A stretch of 63,021 nucleotides of DNA, counting the filler, from Stramenopiles sp. TOSAG23-6 (lineage: Eukaryota): NCBI GenBank assembly GCA_900128565.1. It is 11 parts of 11 records of this genome, joined end to end, with 100 filler letters (N's around TTAATTAATTAA, not from the genome) between each part and the next. Parts side by side here need not be neighbours in the genome. Positions count along the whole stretch, not along the records: positions 6,798 to 13,494 come from LT636663.1; positions 13,595 to 20,288 come from LT636664.1; positions 20,389 to 27,070 come from LT636665.1; 8 more parts are not named here. One strand, 5' to 3'. The position numbers were made by a program, and so were the translations under genes. Numbering within the stretch: the first letter of the stretch is position 1; the number at the start of each line of letters is the position of its first letter. Below are positions 11,145 to 23,400 of the stretch, in pieces. The notes beneath the pieces are model-generated. The model was given only the letters and a program-made list of their open reading frames with translations. It ran no database searches and was not told where the DNA came from.

Positions 11145-13111
11145 ATGGCAAAAGTAGTACAATCGAGAGAGACAAAAACAATACAGGCATTGGACATTCG
11201 CGCTCGCGCATCAAGCGACCCTCTTGATTATACTCCAACATTTCTACGACATAGTTCTAAAAATAGAGATCAGAAAACCATAGTTGTATCAGATATTCAT
11301 AATAGTAGTAATGGTAGTGAAATAATGGGCTTTTCGCCTGACGAAAAAGTAAACCTTCGTTCAAAAATAGCTCTTGGTATTGGTGAAGCAGCGCAAACAA
11401 TATGGGTACTTGTTGCTGGATTTTATCTTAATATTTTTCTTCTAGAAACATTGTGTATGTCAACGTCAACGGTTGGTATATTTCAACTCTGTGGGGGAAT
11501 TTGGGACACAATTAATGATCCGTGCATAGGAATACTTAGTGATAAAACAAATACTCGTTTTGGTCGACGCCGGCCGTGGCTTCTAGGTGCTGCTATCCCT
11601 GCAGGGTTTTCCTATTTTTGTATTTGGATAGGACCAGATATGGGAGAAACAAGTTTATTTGCGTATTGTTTGACTTGTTATATGTTAATATCAGCAAGCA
11701 TCACTTCGATTCAAGTTCAAATATCGTCTCGTACGTTTTCAAAATTGATTTTTGTACCTACAGTTTTTTTCATAGACAATTTTGTACCTAACAATTTTTT
11801 TTTTNCGAAAAAAAAAAAAAAATATCTCTTCACAAAATTTTCACTCCAGAGTTAACGCGTGATTATGATGAAAGAACTGAGCTTGCCATGTGGCGATTAG
11901 GTATTGGCAATGTACTTGGATTAATTGCTGTGTTTTTACATTCACTTATAGTTCAAGCTTATCCTGAAAGTTCAAAATTGGATGGATTTCGAATTTCAGG
12001 TTTTGTGATGGGAACAGCAATTTCTTGTTTCGCACTTTTTGCATTTTTCAATATTAAGGAAAAATTTGATATATCAACAGAGTCAAAGGACGAAATACCT
12101 TTTCTAGTTGGTTTAAGACATGTTTTTTCCAACTTTGCTTTTATTTGTGTTGAGGGTGTTTATTTATTTGGTCTAACCGCAGTGGTGATAGTGCAGACAA
12201 ATCTAGTATTATTCTGTAAATATATTTTAGAAGATGAAAGTCAGGTTTCTTATCTAATTTTACTTGTCCAAGGAATGGCAATGTTGTCTCTTCCCTTTTG
12301 GAATTGGTTCAGCCAAAAGTATAACAAAAAAATAATGTACCATGTTGGTTCACTAGTAGTTGCAATATCATTAGGAATGATGTTTTTAATTGATAAAGGG
12401 GATATAATATTTGGATATTTCATAGCCGGTGCACTTGGTTTTTGTCTGACTGTTGTTTATTTAGTACCGTACGCAATGTTACCAGATGTTATTGAAGAAG
12501 ATGAATTGAGAACTGGTAAAAGACGAGAAGGCATATATTGTGGCTTTTTTGTTGTATTTATGAAACTATCAGTCACAGGATCTTTAGCTCTTTCAAATTT
12601 TGTACTTGGTATTTCAGGTTATAAATCCCCAACTGCTTTGTGTAGCACAGTGTCAACTGATTTGAAAGCAACTGAGTTTTTAGAAACTCAAAAGGATTCA
12701 GTTTTGTTGGCAATTAGATTAATGATAAGCCCTGTGGCTATTGTGTTTCTAATAGGGGCAAATATTTGTGTACGAAATTATCCAATTACTCGAGAAAGCC
12801 ACGCGAAATCTGTAGAATTAGTAAAAGCTAGGAAACAACATGCAAGCCAGGAAAAAACAAATATAAAAACAATGCGTTCTTTAGGAGCCATTGACGGTTT
12901 GAATACATTGGGTGAAACAAAATGTAGTACTCAACATATTGGATTTGGGAAATTACCCGTGGCTGTAAATGATGTAGGTATACGAATTCATGGAGATATT
13001 GAATTTGGGAAATTACCCGTGGCTGTAAATGATGTAGGTATACGACTTCATGGAGATATTGAAGATCATGATGAAAGAGATAATGTTAATGATAATGACA
13101 TTGAAAATTAA
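11145..13111 (+). CDS. Duplicate MFS transporter (intron 11731-11840)
   Basis: Identical ORFs. Confidence 0.9.
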
Positions 13112-13636
13112 AATGTAATGTAAAGGTATTTAAAATAGTAACATATGAAGTAAAATATGAAGTATAATGAAATCAAATTAATTTGATGAGCAAATTTATA
13201 TATTAATTTGTTTTCTTAAAATTTGACTTTATTCAATAAATTTAAAGATACTTCAATTCCTTCTATATACAAACAACTTTTCTTTACAAAAACTCTTTTT
13301 GTGTTATATTTTGCTTCATATTTTGCCAAATATTCATTCATTACTTTGAGTAAATCTGTATATGAAGATTGTTTCTTTTTCAAAACTCTATAAAAGGCAA
13401 CGATTGTAATCCAAATAATATGTTCTACAACAATTCTCATTTGCGATGGAAACGAATTTGTTTTATTGTTTTCATTTCGATTTGTTTCATTATTNNNNNN
13501 NNNNNNNNNNNNNNNNNNNNNNNNNNNNNNNNNNNNNNTTAATTAATTAANNNNNNNNNNNNNNNNNNNNNNNNNNNNNNNNNNNNNNNNNNNNCGATCT
13601 AGCGACAGATCTAGGAAGGGAATTTCTCTAAATACG

Positions 13637-14880
13637 ATGCCTCCTGCAGGGGATGATGTTATTTTTGGTGAAAATGTCATGGGTGAAAAGACTGGCCATT
13701 TGCAGATGGATTCATTTGAAGAAATGTTAAAACTCCTTGTAAATGCGGGGTATTTTCGTGCAGGAAATACAGGCCTTAAAATGTTCGACAAGATTATAGG
13801 TGGCCTCTGTTGGTGTATAACTGCGAGTGCTGCGAGTGTTGATGTTGANNNNNNNNNNNNNNNNNNNNNNNNNNNNNNNNNNTTGGCAAAAAAGTCACAT
13901 TATCTGAAACTGTTGTTCGTTCTTTGGAGCGTATGAAGTGCCCACATCCTTTAAAAGCACATCAAATTCAAGGTCTCGATTTCGCTGCGTTACTTCCTAT
14001 CATTAAATGGGCAGTGAAAGGTGTTGTTGCTTTTCGTGTGGATAACGCTCGCCGTATACGCGACTATTCGCATCATCACTTTCAAAAGCATAATCAATGG
14101 CCTGATGAAATGGACAAAAAGTCAAATTTTTTACATGAGCTGGAAGAAAAATATAGACCGCGTCGCGTAATGAAACGCCCCGTTGAGTTATGGGGGGATC
14201 TTGATAATAGTTCAGAACGTGAGTTATTGCAGACTTGTTTATTAAAATATATCTGTGTCGGAGCAAGATACTGAAGATGCACGAAATCTCGATGGAAAAC
14301 GAAAGAAGAAGAAGAAAACAGGATTTGACATGAAAGTTTCGGACCTTTTCAAATTAGAAGCCGAGAAAGAAGCTGAGGCTCAGAGACAAGAATCTGAAAA
14401 AGAAAAAGAATTATTAAAAGTATTAGCGGAAACAGCAGACGTTGAAGAAAAACAAATTGATAAGAAGCAGGTTGGTTCAATTATGATGCAAGACGTAGAC
14501 AGTATTACATCAGCTGCAGGTACGTTTTCATCTTTTTTCAAATTTATTTTTTTTCGTACGCAATTTTGTACCTAACGATTTTTTTTTTAATTTTAAAAAA
14601 AAAAAAATATATTTTTTACAATAACGATAAAGAAACAAAACTGCTTCAGAAAACGATCCAAGATCGCGAGCCACAAACAAAACGTGGCTTAGAAGCTGCG
14701 TACGTTCTACACTTTTAGATACACTTTTAGATTTCAATATTTTTTTGCTAGAAAAAATCATAACTGACAATTTTTTTCTACATCAAAAAAAAATATTTTT
14801 TCACAATACATATTTAAACGTCGTTTAGCTAATATTGAACGCAAAATAGCCGAAGCAGTTACAGAAAATGCAAAAGATAA
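13637..14880 (+). CDS. CCDC93: Coiled-coil domain-containing protein 93, partial (gap, frameshift near 14250, two introns)
   Basis: LLVNAGYFRA....FDKIIGGLCWCI and MKCPHPLKAHQIQGLDF motifs. Confidence 0.85.
14520..14626 (+). mobile_element. Introner-like intron GT-CG
   Basis: GTACGTTTTCATC...GTACCTAAC...TACAATAA-CG; frame restored (SAADKETK). Confidence 0.7.
14700..14811 (+). mobile_element. Diverged introner-like intron GT-AT
   Basis: GTACGTT...CTGAC...TCACAATAC-AT; frame restored (EAAFKRRLANIERK). Confidence 0.7.
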
Positions 14881-17800
14881 AACACTTCTTTGTAATGATG
14901 ATAGCAATTGCAAAGCAGGCGAAATTATAGGTACTGGGGCAATTTCACCAGTGAGTGAGCGTATTTTAGCAATATTTAATTTTTTGTCAATTCCCGTCGT
15001 TTCTTTGAGTTTTTGTATTGAATTTAGCGATGCATAGGTTGAAATATCTACAAGAGAAAACAACAAATTTAAAGTTGGATTCGTCGATACATCTATACTT
15101 TCGCAGTGTTCGTGATTCCGACACTCTAAACCCAATCGTCCTGCAATAAATGCTGATAAATGGGGATCAACTCGAAGTCGTGTAGCAATTGTTTCAATTA
15201 ATGTATTATTTGAAATACATATTGAAAAAAACAATATTTTATGCAATGCCCCTGTAATATGTTTTTGATATTTCTCATTCAAATTAACCCCATGTGGTGT
15301 TTTTTGTTGAGCTATATCGAAATCAAATGAAAATGTCATTTCTACTGGCAAAGAAGTATTCGAAAACAGTACAAATAAACCATCTACAATGCAGTTGGCT
15401 GCAAGTTGTGTGATATCACCTTCAGCAATCAAAGAATCATAGCTACAAAGATTAAGCAAAACTTTCATGAAGGAGCATGCAATATTTGGTGACATGATTG
15501 TAGTTTCTTTCTTTGCAATGTCTTCATTCTTTGCAGCCGTAAGGTTTAAACGTGTAAGGCGAAGTAATTCCCGAATTATACCTTGAATTCGTTTTAGATC
15601 TTGCTTCAAGGATAGTTCAGAAGAAGATAAAGTTGAATCTTTCATACATTCGTTGAAAGGTATTTTCTTTGCTTTATCTGTATAAACCGAATGAACTCTT
15701 GTACAGATATGCAAAATTTTCGAGAGTTTTTCAAATGATGCTTTCGAGACATCAACACAGAAAGGAAGACATGAAGGTAAAATTGCAGGCGCCCATGGCA
15801 AAGATAACTGTGCTGATAATGGTGTAGCCACTGTACCAACAAGTTCATGTAGTCCCTTGAGATAAGCAAGATCGATCACATGAAATGTTTTATCTCTTAA
15901 GTTATACCATCTTTCATCGCCATCATCATACACGACAAAATGCTGTCCAGATGAACTATTGAAATTTTCAATCACCCCTTCGTACCATTTGCGACCTGCC
16001 CAACGTAATGCTATACGAGATCCTACTAAAATAGATGGATTATTCTTCCATGCTTTGCCATCATCAAGTTTTTGTAAAAATATTTGGCCAGAGTCTTGTT
16101 CCAAAACCCAAGAATCCGTGTCAGTATCATCTTCATTTGGTTCACCTGAATTGTGAAAAAAAAATATAAGAAAAAACCCGTTAGGTACAAAATTTCGTGT
16201 GAAAAAAAACTAAATTAGAAATTCCTGATGAAAACGTACCACGAAGCCTTTGTAAAAGCCACGAAAGTTTTTCTTTGTCATCGTCAGAGCCAGTCATATG
16301 CGAACTTTCAATGTGTCGGGCAAATTTTGGTTCTCGTAGTAATTGATAAAGTCTTTGTTTGTCGCGTGCGTGAAATCCACGCAAGCGCAACCATCGTCCA
16401 TGTATTGTGAAAAAATATTTCAAAAAAAAATCGTTAGGTATGAAATTTCGTATGAATCTCCAGCACTTCTACAGTTTGAGAAGCCACCAGCTTACCAATT
16501 TCTTTCGCTGATATCGAGGGAGACGCTTTAATATCCTGTTCAATTAGAACTCGATAAAACCCAGGCGCTGGTATTTTTGCTTGCATTTTCAGTGTCACTG
16601 TATTTTGATATATAGGACCACTTTTAAGTCCGCTAATAAATATTTCTTTCCATTCACGAGTGTTTTCATTTGCTATATTTTCCTGACACTTTGTGGAGCT
16701 GTCATGAATTTTAGGGTATCCTAAGGATGGATTACCAGCATTTGAATGTTGCACGACACACAGCGATCCAACTATTTTCATCAAACGAGATATTGAACGA
16801 ATGACAGACTCACCTGATACATCATTCACTTTTGATTTTCTATTTGAAAGGTCTTGCTCGGAAATATTAGTTTTGAACATCCCAGGGTTTCGCCAGTATT
16901 GTACAGATAATGTGTTTGCAAAATAGCAGAATAAAAATCCTGAATTTGGGTCATAACAAACAGCATCAGGAGGTACATTTAAACTAAGTTGATTCGATTG
17001 GTCATTATCATTTTCTGGTGCGTTTAAATTTGAATGATCAAATTTGTCTCTATTTACTAACTGGATTTCAATTGAACGTTTACTAGAATTATTTGTGTTG
17101 ATTCTACTCGACTTTTTATGAGAATGTTTATCATTGTATTTTTCTTTGGGTAATAATGGTATTTTATTACTACTAAATATTGTTGAGACATTTCTTTCAG
17201 GTGAAATATTTGAAGAGTCTACAGTTGACAATGGATCAATGGCTGGATCTTCAACATTTGAGTGTGAAGCAGCTTCAGTAGCTTGCATGACACGAAATGT
17301 ATGTTCGGGAAATGGGTGATATGCCATGCGACATTCATAGCATGTCTGACATAAGTCATAGTCTAGACAAGTATTACATTTCCACCTGACACCTTCAATA
17401 GGTGTTTCACGGCAACCATCACAAGTGACATTTAAGTGGGTAGTCTCAAATTTAGCCGAAAGTGACGATGACTGCTCCAATCTGGATTCATTTAAAGGAT
17501 TCGAATCACCTACAACAGCTTTATCAGAAACTTTACTTAAGCTTAAAGCCGCAGCATTCGCAGCATTTCTAGCAGCAGCAGCAGCAGCAATACTAGAATT
17601 TCTATTAGTTGTACTTTGTGCTATAGTTGTTGCATCCACATCAAATACAGGTGATGACGAAACGAATTTTCGGGGATATGATAGACCGTCAATATGTTTC
17701 GCCATTTGTGCAGCTGTAGAAAAAATGTGTTTGTGTGGGCTGCGTTTAGAATTTTGTCGGACCTTTCTACTGTATAAATGCTCTTCGTCGTCTTCTTGAG

Positions 17801-20235
17801 TAAATCTATACTGTTTGGGAGATATACTCTGTGAAGTCATACAATTAGATGCTAATATACCAGAGGAAACGTCTGTGCACCTTGACCACAACCCAGTAGC
17901 ATTTAAGTTTGTGTTGACACCATACGGTGGCGAGCAAGGTGCAGCTTGTTGAATATTGACAACTGAACAATTCCATGTATTCTTAGGTTGTTCGTCGACA
18001 GACACCTCGTCTTTTGAATTTTCAGCCTGAAATGGAGCTATGGCACACATCTGTCCTGGAGTTGCAAATATAAGCTGTTGAGTATTTTGTGAATCATTCT
18101 GATAGCCTTCCATTTCTTCTAATTCTACGGTGGGCGAAGCAGTTCTTGCTTCACCTCGTCGACGGCGAAGTTCGGCAACATGTTTTGCAGCCGCGGCTGC
18201 GTCGCTAAATTTAATATCTTTAGTTTTTTTCGACTGTTTATCACTATTTGATGAGATTTTTGCCGATTGAATAACGTTTTCACGCGAAAGTGGGGTATCA
18301 GTGAGGATTGAAGCATTGTTGGATTTCAATGTGCTTTTGCCCCAATTATGTGGTAAATATATGTGTTGCTGTAAGGTAGTACTAATCATACCGAATGGGA
18401 TCTTGTTTTCGATTTTGTTTTCAATCTTAAAAGTATCAATTATCCTTGATTGTTGGCTTTGAAGCCGCATACCAAAGATGTTTTTACCATCAGTTATTAT
18501 ACTTGAATACAATGGTGGCATATTTTCAAGATCATTATCATCGATATCTCTATCAAATATTCGTCGGTCTTTTCGATACTTCAATGGGTTTGTATTGATA
18601 TGCTTTTCATGATTTTGTTGTTTATGTTTGTGCTTCTCACGATAAAGGTAACATCTGTTTTTTATTTCTGATATTATAGTGGGGGGGGAATCGTATACCA
18701 CTCCCCGATATTGGTACAAGTGCATCCACATGAATTTCTATAGCACAAAGTCCCTTCTGTTGTAAATTTGGTGATGTAATAAAAAGACGATCACAAAAAG
18801 ATAGTAGTTGAGGTTTCCCGCTCAAGCCACACCATATACGCTTGAAAGATCCATCTTTAGGTGAAGTATTTTTTAAATCATTTAAATTAATCACAGATGA
18901 AGATATATACTGTGGTGGTATCACTGAAAATTCAGATAAAGTCCTTTGTCTATAAACTCTACCTCTTATACTTCCTTTCATTCCTGTACCAATTTTACAA
19001 ATCACCGGAGCTATTGATTTTTTATCTGTCTTAATCTTTCCGTTTTCATCATATAAACTTTTGAAGTTAGATTTCTTGAAGTTACAATTAATGGAAAATT
19101 TGGATTGTTTTTCAGATATTCTTGTTTTTGTTTTATTTGCGTATGATAACACATAAAGGAAGGGCCCGTTAATTGCTATACTAAAACCTGATGAGTGTTT
19201 TCTATCAGCAGATGTACACTCATATTCATTTTGATCATTTACATGTTCTACTATTCCTTTTTCCTGTATAAAATTTTGATCATTTACATGTTCTACTATT
19301 CCTTTTTTTTGTATAAAATTTTCAGTATCATCCAGTCTATTTGTTTTATGTCTCTTTGAAAAAATATTCGTTTCGTTTTCATTTTGGTATTTTTTTTTAT
19401 GTCTCTTTGAAAAAATATTCGTTTCGTTTTCATTTTGGTATTTTTCCTTTATCAAAGTTTGATTTGAATAATCAGCACTACTTTTAGTTTCCGAAGCTTC
19501 TCTTTTTGAACCAGGAATATCTACTGCTGTTTCATTAATATTGTGTGAAGTGCTAGGAGAGTTGCATATATTCACTGGCGAGTATTTTGAACCAATAGTA
19601 TGTGAATTTCTAGATTTTTCATTTGTGTGGTTGATTCTTTCATCATTTTCAAATGGCAGCGTTGTAGCAACAGCTGCAAGTCTTCCACCATATCCACACT
19701 CACCAAATGGTTTCAATTCCTCATGTGTTAGTATGCAATTATGTTGCCATGTTCCTATCAATGCCCCATTTGCAGTAAGAGGCGGTGAATAATATGAGGC
19801 ACACCAAGTGACCATATGTTTCAGCTGTGGCTTTATATCCATCATTAAATTTACATCTTTATTTTTGTCATCATGTAAACAAATTTCAACACATTGTAAA
19901 AGCGTAATCATTGCATCAAGTAAACAATTCAACTTTCCTCTTTGTAATACAACAGCAACGATGACACTTGCACACATGGCTGCGTATTGTTGCTTTGATA
20001 ATATAGAATCATTTGCTTTGTTGCAAGATTGAGTTTCATCATTCATTGAAATTTCTTCAGTCATTTGCAACAGTTCTTCTTGAGCAATTTCTAGCAATGC
20101 AGTCAAGGCATCACAATCATCTTTTTTTAATGATAATAAAGGAGCTTTTGTAAGCATTTGTAATATCGATTGCAAAGCTTGTGATTTATTTTTGAGGCTC
20201 TCAATTAGTCTAAAATTTGATACACCCCATATTAC
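14880..20235 (-). CDS. Giant ZZ-zinc-finger/Tudor protein, HECTD4/ZZEF1-like, partial
   Basis: ZZ finger VTCDGC..PIEGVRWKC..CLDYDLC..C; Tudor-like WYEGVI...HFVVYDDGD; introns; frameshift at a G8 run near 18685. Confidence 0.65.
16146..16239 (-). mobile_element. Introner-like intron GT-AG
   Basis: GTACGTTTTCATC...CACAATTC-AG; frame RLRGEPNE. Confidence 0.9.
16400..16456 (-). mobile_element. 3' half of introner-like intron (AT), 5' half missing
   Basis: CATACGAAATTTCATACCTAAC...CACAATAC-AT. Confidence 0.65.
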
Positions 20236-20288
20236 ATGTATTGTAAAAAAAATTAAATTCGAAATTTGTTAGGTACAAAATGTCGTAC
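20236..20288 (-). mobile_element. 3' half of introner-like intron (AT)
   Basis: GTACCTAAC...TACAATAC-AT at the contig end. Confidence 0.75.
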
Positions 20289-20388
20289 NNNNNNNNNNNN
20301 NNNNNNNNNNNNNNNNNNNNNNNNNNNNNNNNTTAATTAATTAANNNNNNNNNNNNNNNNNNNNNNNNNNNNNNNNNNNNNNNNNNNN

Positions 20389-20464
20389 TATTTCAAAAAA
20401 AAATTCGTTAGGTACAAAATTTCGTATGAAAAATAAATTCGAATTTGAAAAAAAAAAAAGATAC
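20389..20464 (-). mobile_element. 5' part of introner-like intron (donor GTATCTTTT)
   Basis: Family core present, truncated by the contig end. Confidence 0.75.
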
Positions 20465-23400
20465 GTTGGTATCAATAATTGAGTCTGACCCAAAATTATA
20501 TCTTTGTCTGAAATTGGTTCTCGAAGTGAACCACTTCGTTGAATCTCTTGCAGTATTTCATTATCACCATACAAGAACGCAAGTTGATTTACAGTATCAA
20601 TATCTCTTTGATTTTTACACTCAATGAGGGCTTGTCCAGAAGGATTTCGAGCATACAATGAAATTTTTAATTTATATGGCACAGAATTTTCACCATCATT
20701 TCGTGCTTCTGGAAACGGTTTTATCATTACACTTTCATTCCATTGGACAAAATGCTCCGGTATAGAGAATTCAATTACACGTATCCATAAAGGAAATCCA
20801 CATTCAACAATAGTCTCTTTGGCAACTGTTATTGGCAAGTTTTTAACCGAAATCCAATCACCGCGCGATTTAATTTTGTTATTTGCTTGATATAATGATT
20901 TTTCTTCTCGTACTATCGTAGTGTTCAACACATTCGCTGCACAGTGTGTAATGATACTACCTGGTAATATGACGTCATCTGCTTCAGAGTCTTTTGTTAC
21001 ACTAGTCACCAGAAGACCTTTATCATGAACGACGAGACCTAATAAGTTAAGACTAAACAAATCAGTTTCAAAGCGAACAATTTTTTTTGTTTCCTCGCTA
21101 ATAGAATCATTCGTTGTATTTGTTGTGGTCATTTTTTTACACTTTGAGCGTGCTGGTGCAGTACATCGAAATGTTTCGTCGTCACATAACGTTGCTACAG
21201 CATATACATTATTACTTATTTTGTTCTTTGCACAAATATGAGCTATTTGAAAATTAACACAAACCTGTTGCATGTCAAATATAGGTTCAATAGTCTTAAT
21301 ATCCTCTTTTACAGCAAAACTTTCTTTTGTTTCAACATTTTGTTGTTTACTCTTATGTGTTGGTTGTAATAAAGGATTCAACAAAGGTATGTTAAAAACA
21401 GTATGAAGTCTCATTCTATTTTCAGTAGCAATGAACAAAGAATTTTCAAGTATTAAAAGTTGTGCTGCTAAACGACACATAAATAAATTTTCCTTCAAGT
21501 GACGTAAAACTGTACATTCCAATACTTCTTTATACCAATTATCGTTATCCACAATTTCTTTTTTCTCCTCACGATTTCGATGATTTCGTTGTTTACTTTT
21601 TTTAGGCATTTCATTTTTTAATTTCCAAAATAGAAGACATTCGTCTTCAACTTTGATAGTATTGACATATTCTACATTAAACAATGACTCTTTTTCATTT
21701 ATTTCAGTGAATTTATCTACATTCCTGACTTCAGATGTAATGATTGATGATGATCCTCCCATTACGTGTAAATAGCCTATTTGTAGATCTGTGCGACATT
21801 TTTTTGTAGTTGTAGTAGTAATATTTCCACTCTGTGCGATGAAACTTTTATCTCGACTTATCTTTATCCAATTGTCATGTATATCTTTTTTATTAGGTAA
21901 TTTCCGTCTTTTTCCTTTCTCAGATTTCTTAGAATTGAATAATTTTTCTACGATTTCTTCAATATTGACATATGCCGACAAAGAAACTATACAACTACCC
22001 AACATGTATTTTGTAAAAATATTTCAAAAAAAAACTAAAAATTGTTAGGTACAAAATTTCGTACGAAAAAAAATAAATTCGAAATTCAAAAAAAAATAAA
22101 ACATACATTACATTATCCTGTTTTGGATCAAGTATATACAATTCAATATTTGCATTAGCTATAAAGTTTCTTACACAAATCTTTGCATCCATAGCACTCT
22201 CCTTACATTCATCGATAATCATCGACAAAGGTAACCCAAATACAATTTCACTCAATACAGAATTTAAATTGGTCGATTGTTGAGATTTATTAGGCTCATA
22301 TATTGGATATTTCCATTTGATTTCGTGTTGCGTGGTACTTTGTACATTTTGTTTTGCTTCGCGTTTATACCAATGAATGTTTTCAATGATTCTTTTACAA
22401 AATTTCATAGTTAAAGAATCCAAGTGCTTCATCTTATCACAGTCCATAGCAACACAAGCAATCACCTTATTAAAACACAATTTTTTATTGCAAGCTTTAA
22501 TAAAGCCAGTGCTAAATAAATGTGAAGCAAATGCACCACCAATATTCAACCATACATATAATAATGATATATTATTGGTCATATTACTTGTACTAGCATT
22601 ACATAATAATGGTACATTTTCATCATAGATAGATTGAAGACGATCCTTGGCAAAAACGAGTTGTTGTATATAAGACGAAATATAATTTATTCCCTTGTTG
22701 ATCAACTGTTTACGTTGGACATTAACATCATCAAATTCTCCCTGCAGTGAGAAAAATATACTACAATCGATATTCGTTAGGTATGATACAAAAATTGGAT
22801 TAGGTTCAAAACAAAAATAATTTGAAATGAATTATGGAAACATATATATTCCTGAATACAAGTACCAGCATCATTGTACAAATGTGGAAGGTCGCTGATA
22901 ATACACTCTTTGTTTACTCCATCTGTTGTTACTATTGCTTGCAACTTTCGTCTATAATTAAAATTAGTCTTACTTTCCTGCTCATCAGAGGTATCTAAAT
23001 ATATATAAGAATTCTCAGTATCATCAAGTGAATTTCTCTGAGCACCAACAATATCCATATCTATATCAAAACGCTGTTCGTGTGTTTCATTGGAATTGTT
23101 CCCTACATTACATCTTACACCAACTTCATCCACTCTAACATAATCTATCGATTTGCCATTCGTTGATTCGCCCACATTCGTCATCGGCATACATAAAGGC
23201 GAAATACAAAGATGTCGATCTAATTCTGGCGCAGTCCACGTGAATACACTACTTGTTAGAGGTGGCAATATATTGTGAAAAATATCTTTAATTCGACATT
23301 CGTTAGCTACACAATTTCATTAGAAAAAAAATAAATTTGAAATTCATGATGAAAACGTATCAAATAAAAACTCAAAAAAAAAATTTCATTAGAAAAAAAA

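Larger units (their letters stand above)
6798..13494 (+). repeat. Exact duplicate of contig 1-6697 (artefact)
   Basis: Same sequence and same ends, offset 6797. Confidence 0.95.

Noticed and set aside
6798-13494. 6.7 kb tandem duplication
   Set aside because: Identical ends separated by the artificial spacer; a redundant contig
14812-14900. Antisense overlap of CCDC93 and the HECTD4-like gene
   Set aside because: Both genes are truncated here; likely a chimeric junction
18680-18690. Frameshift in the giant ZZ gene
   Set aside because: Falls in a G8 homopolymer; probable indel error (likewise near 40910)
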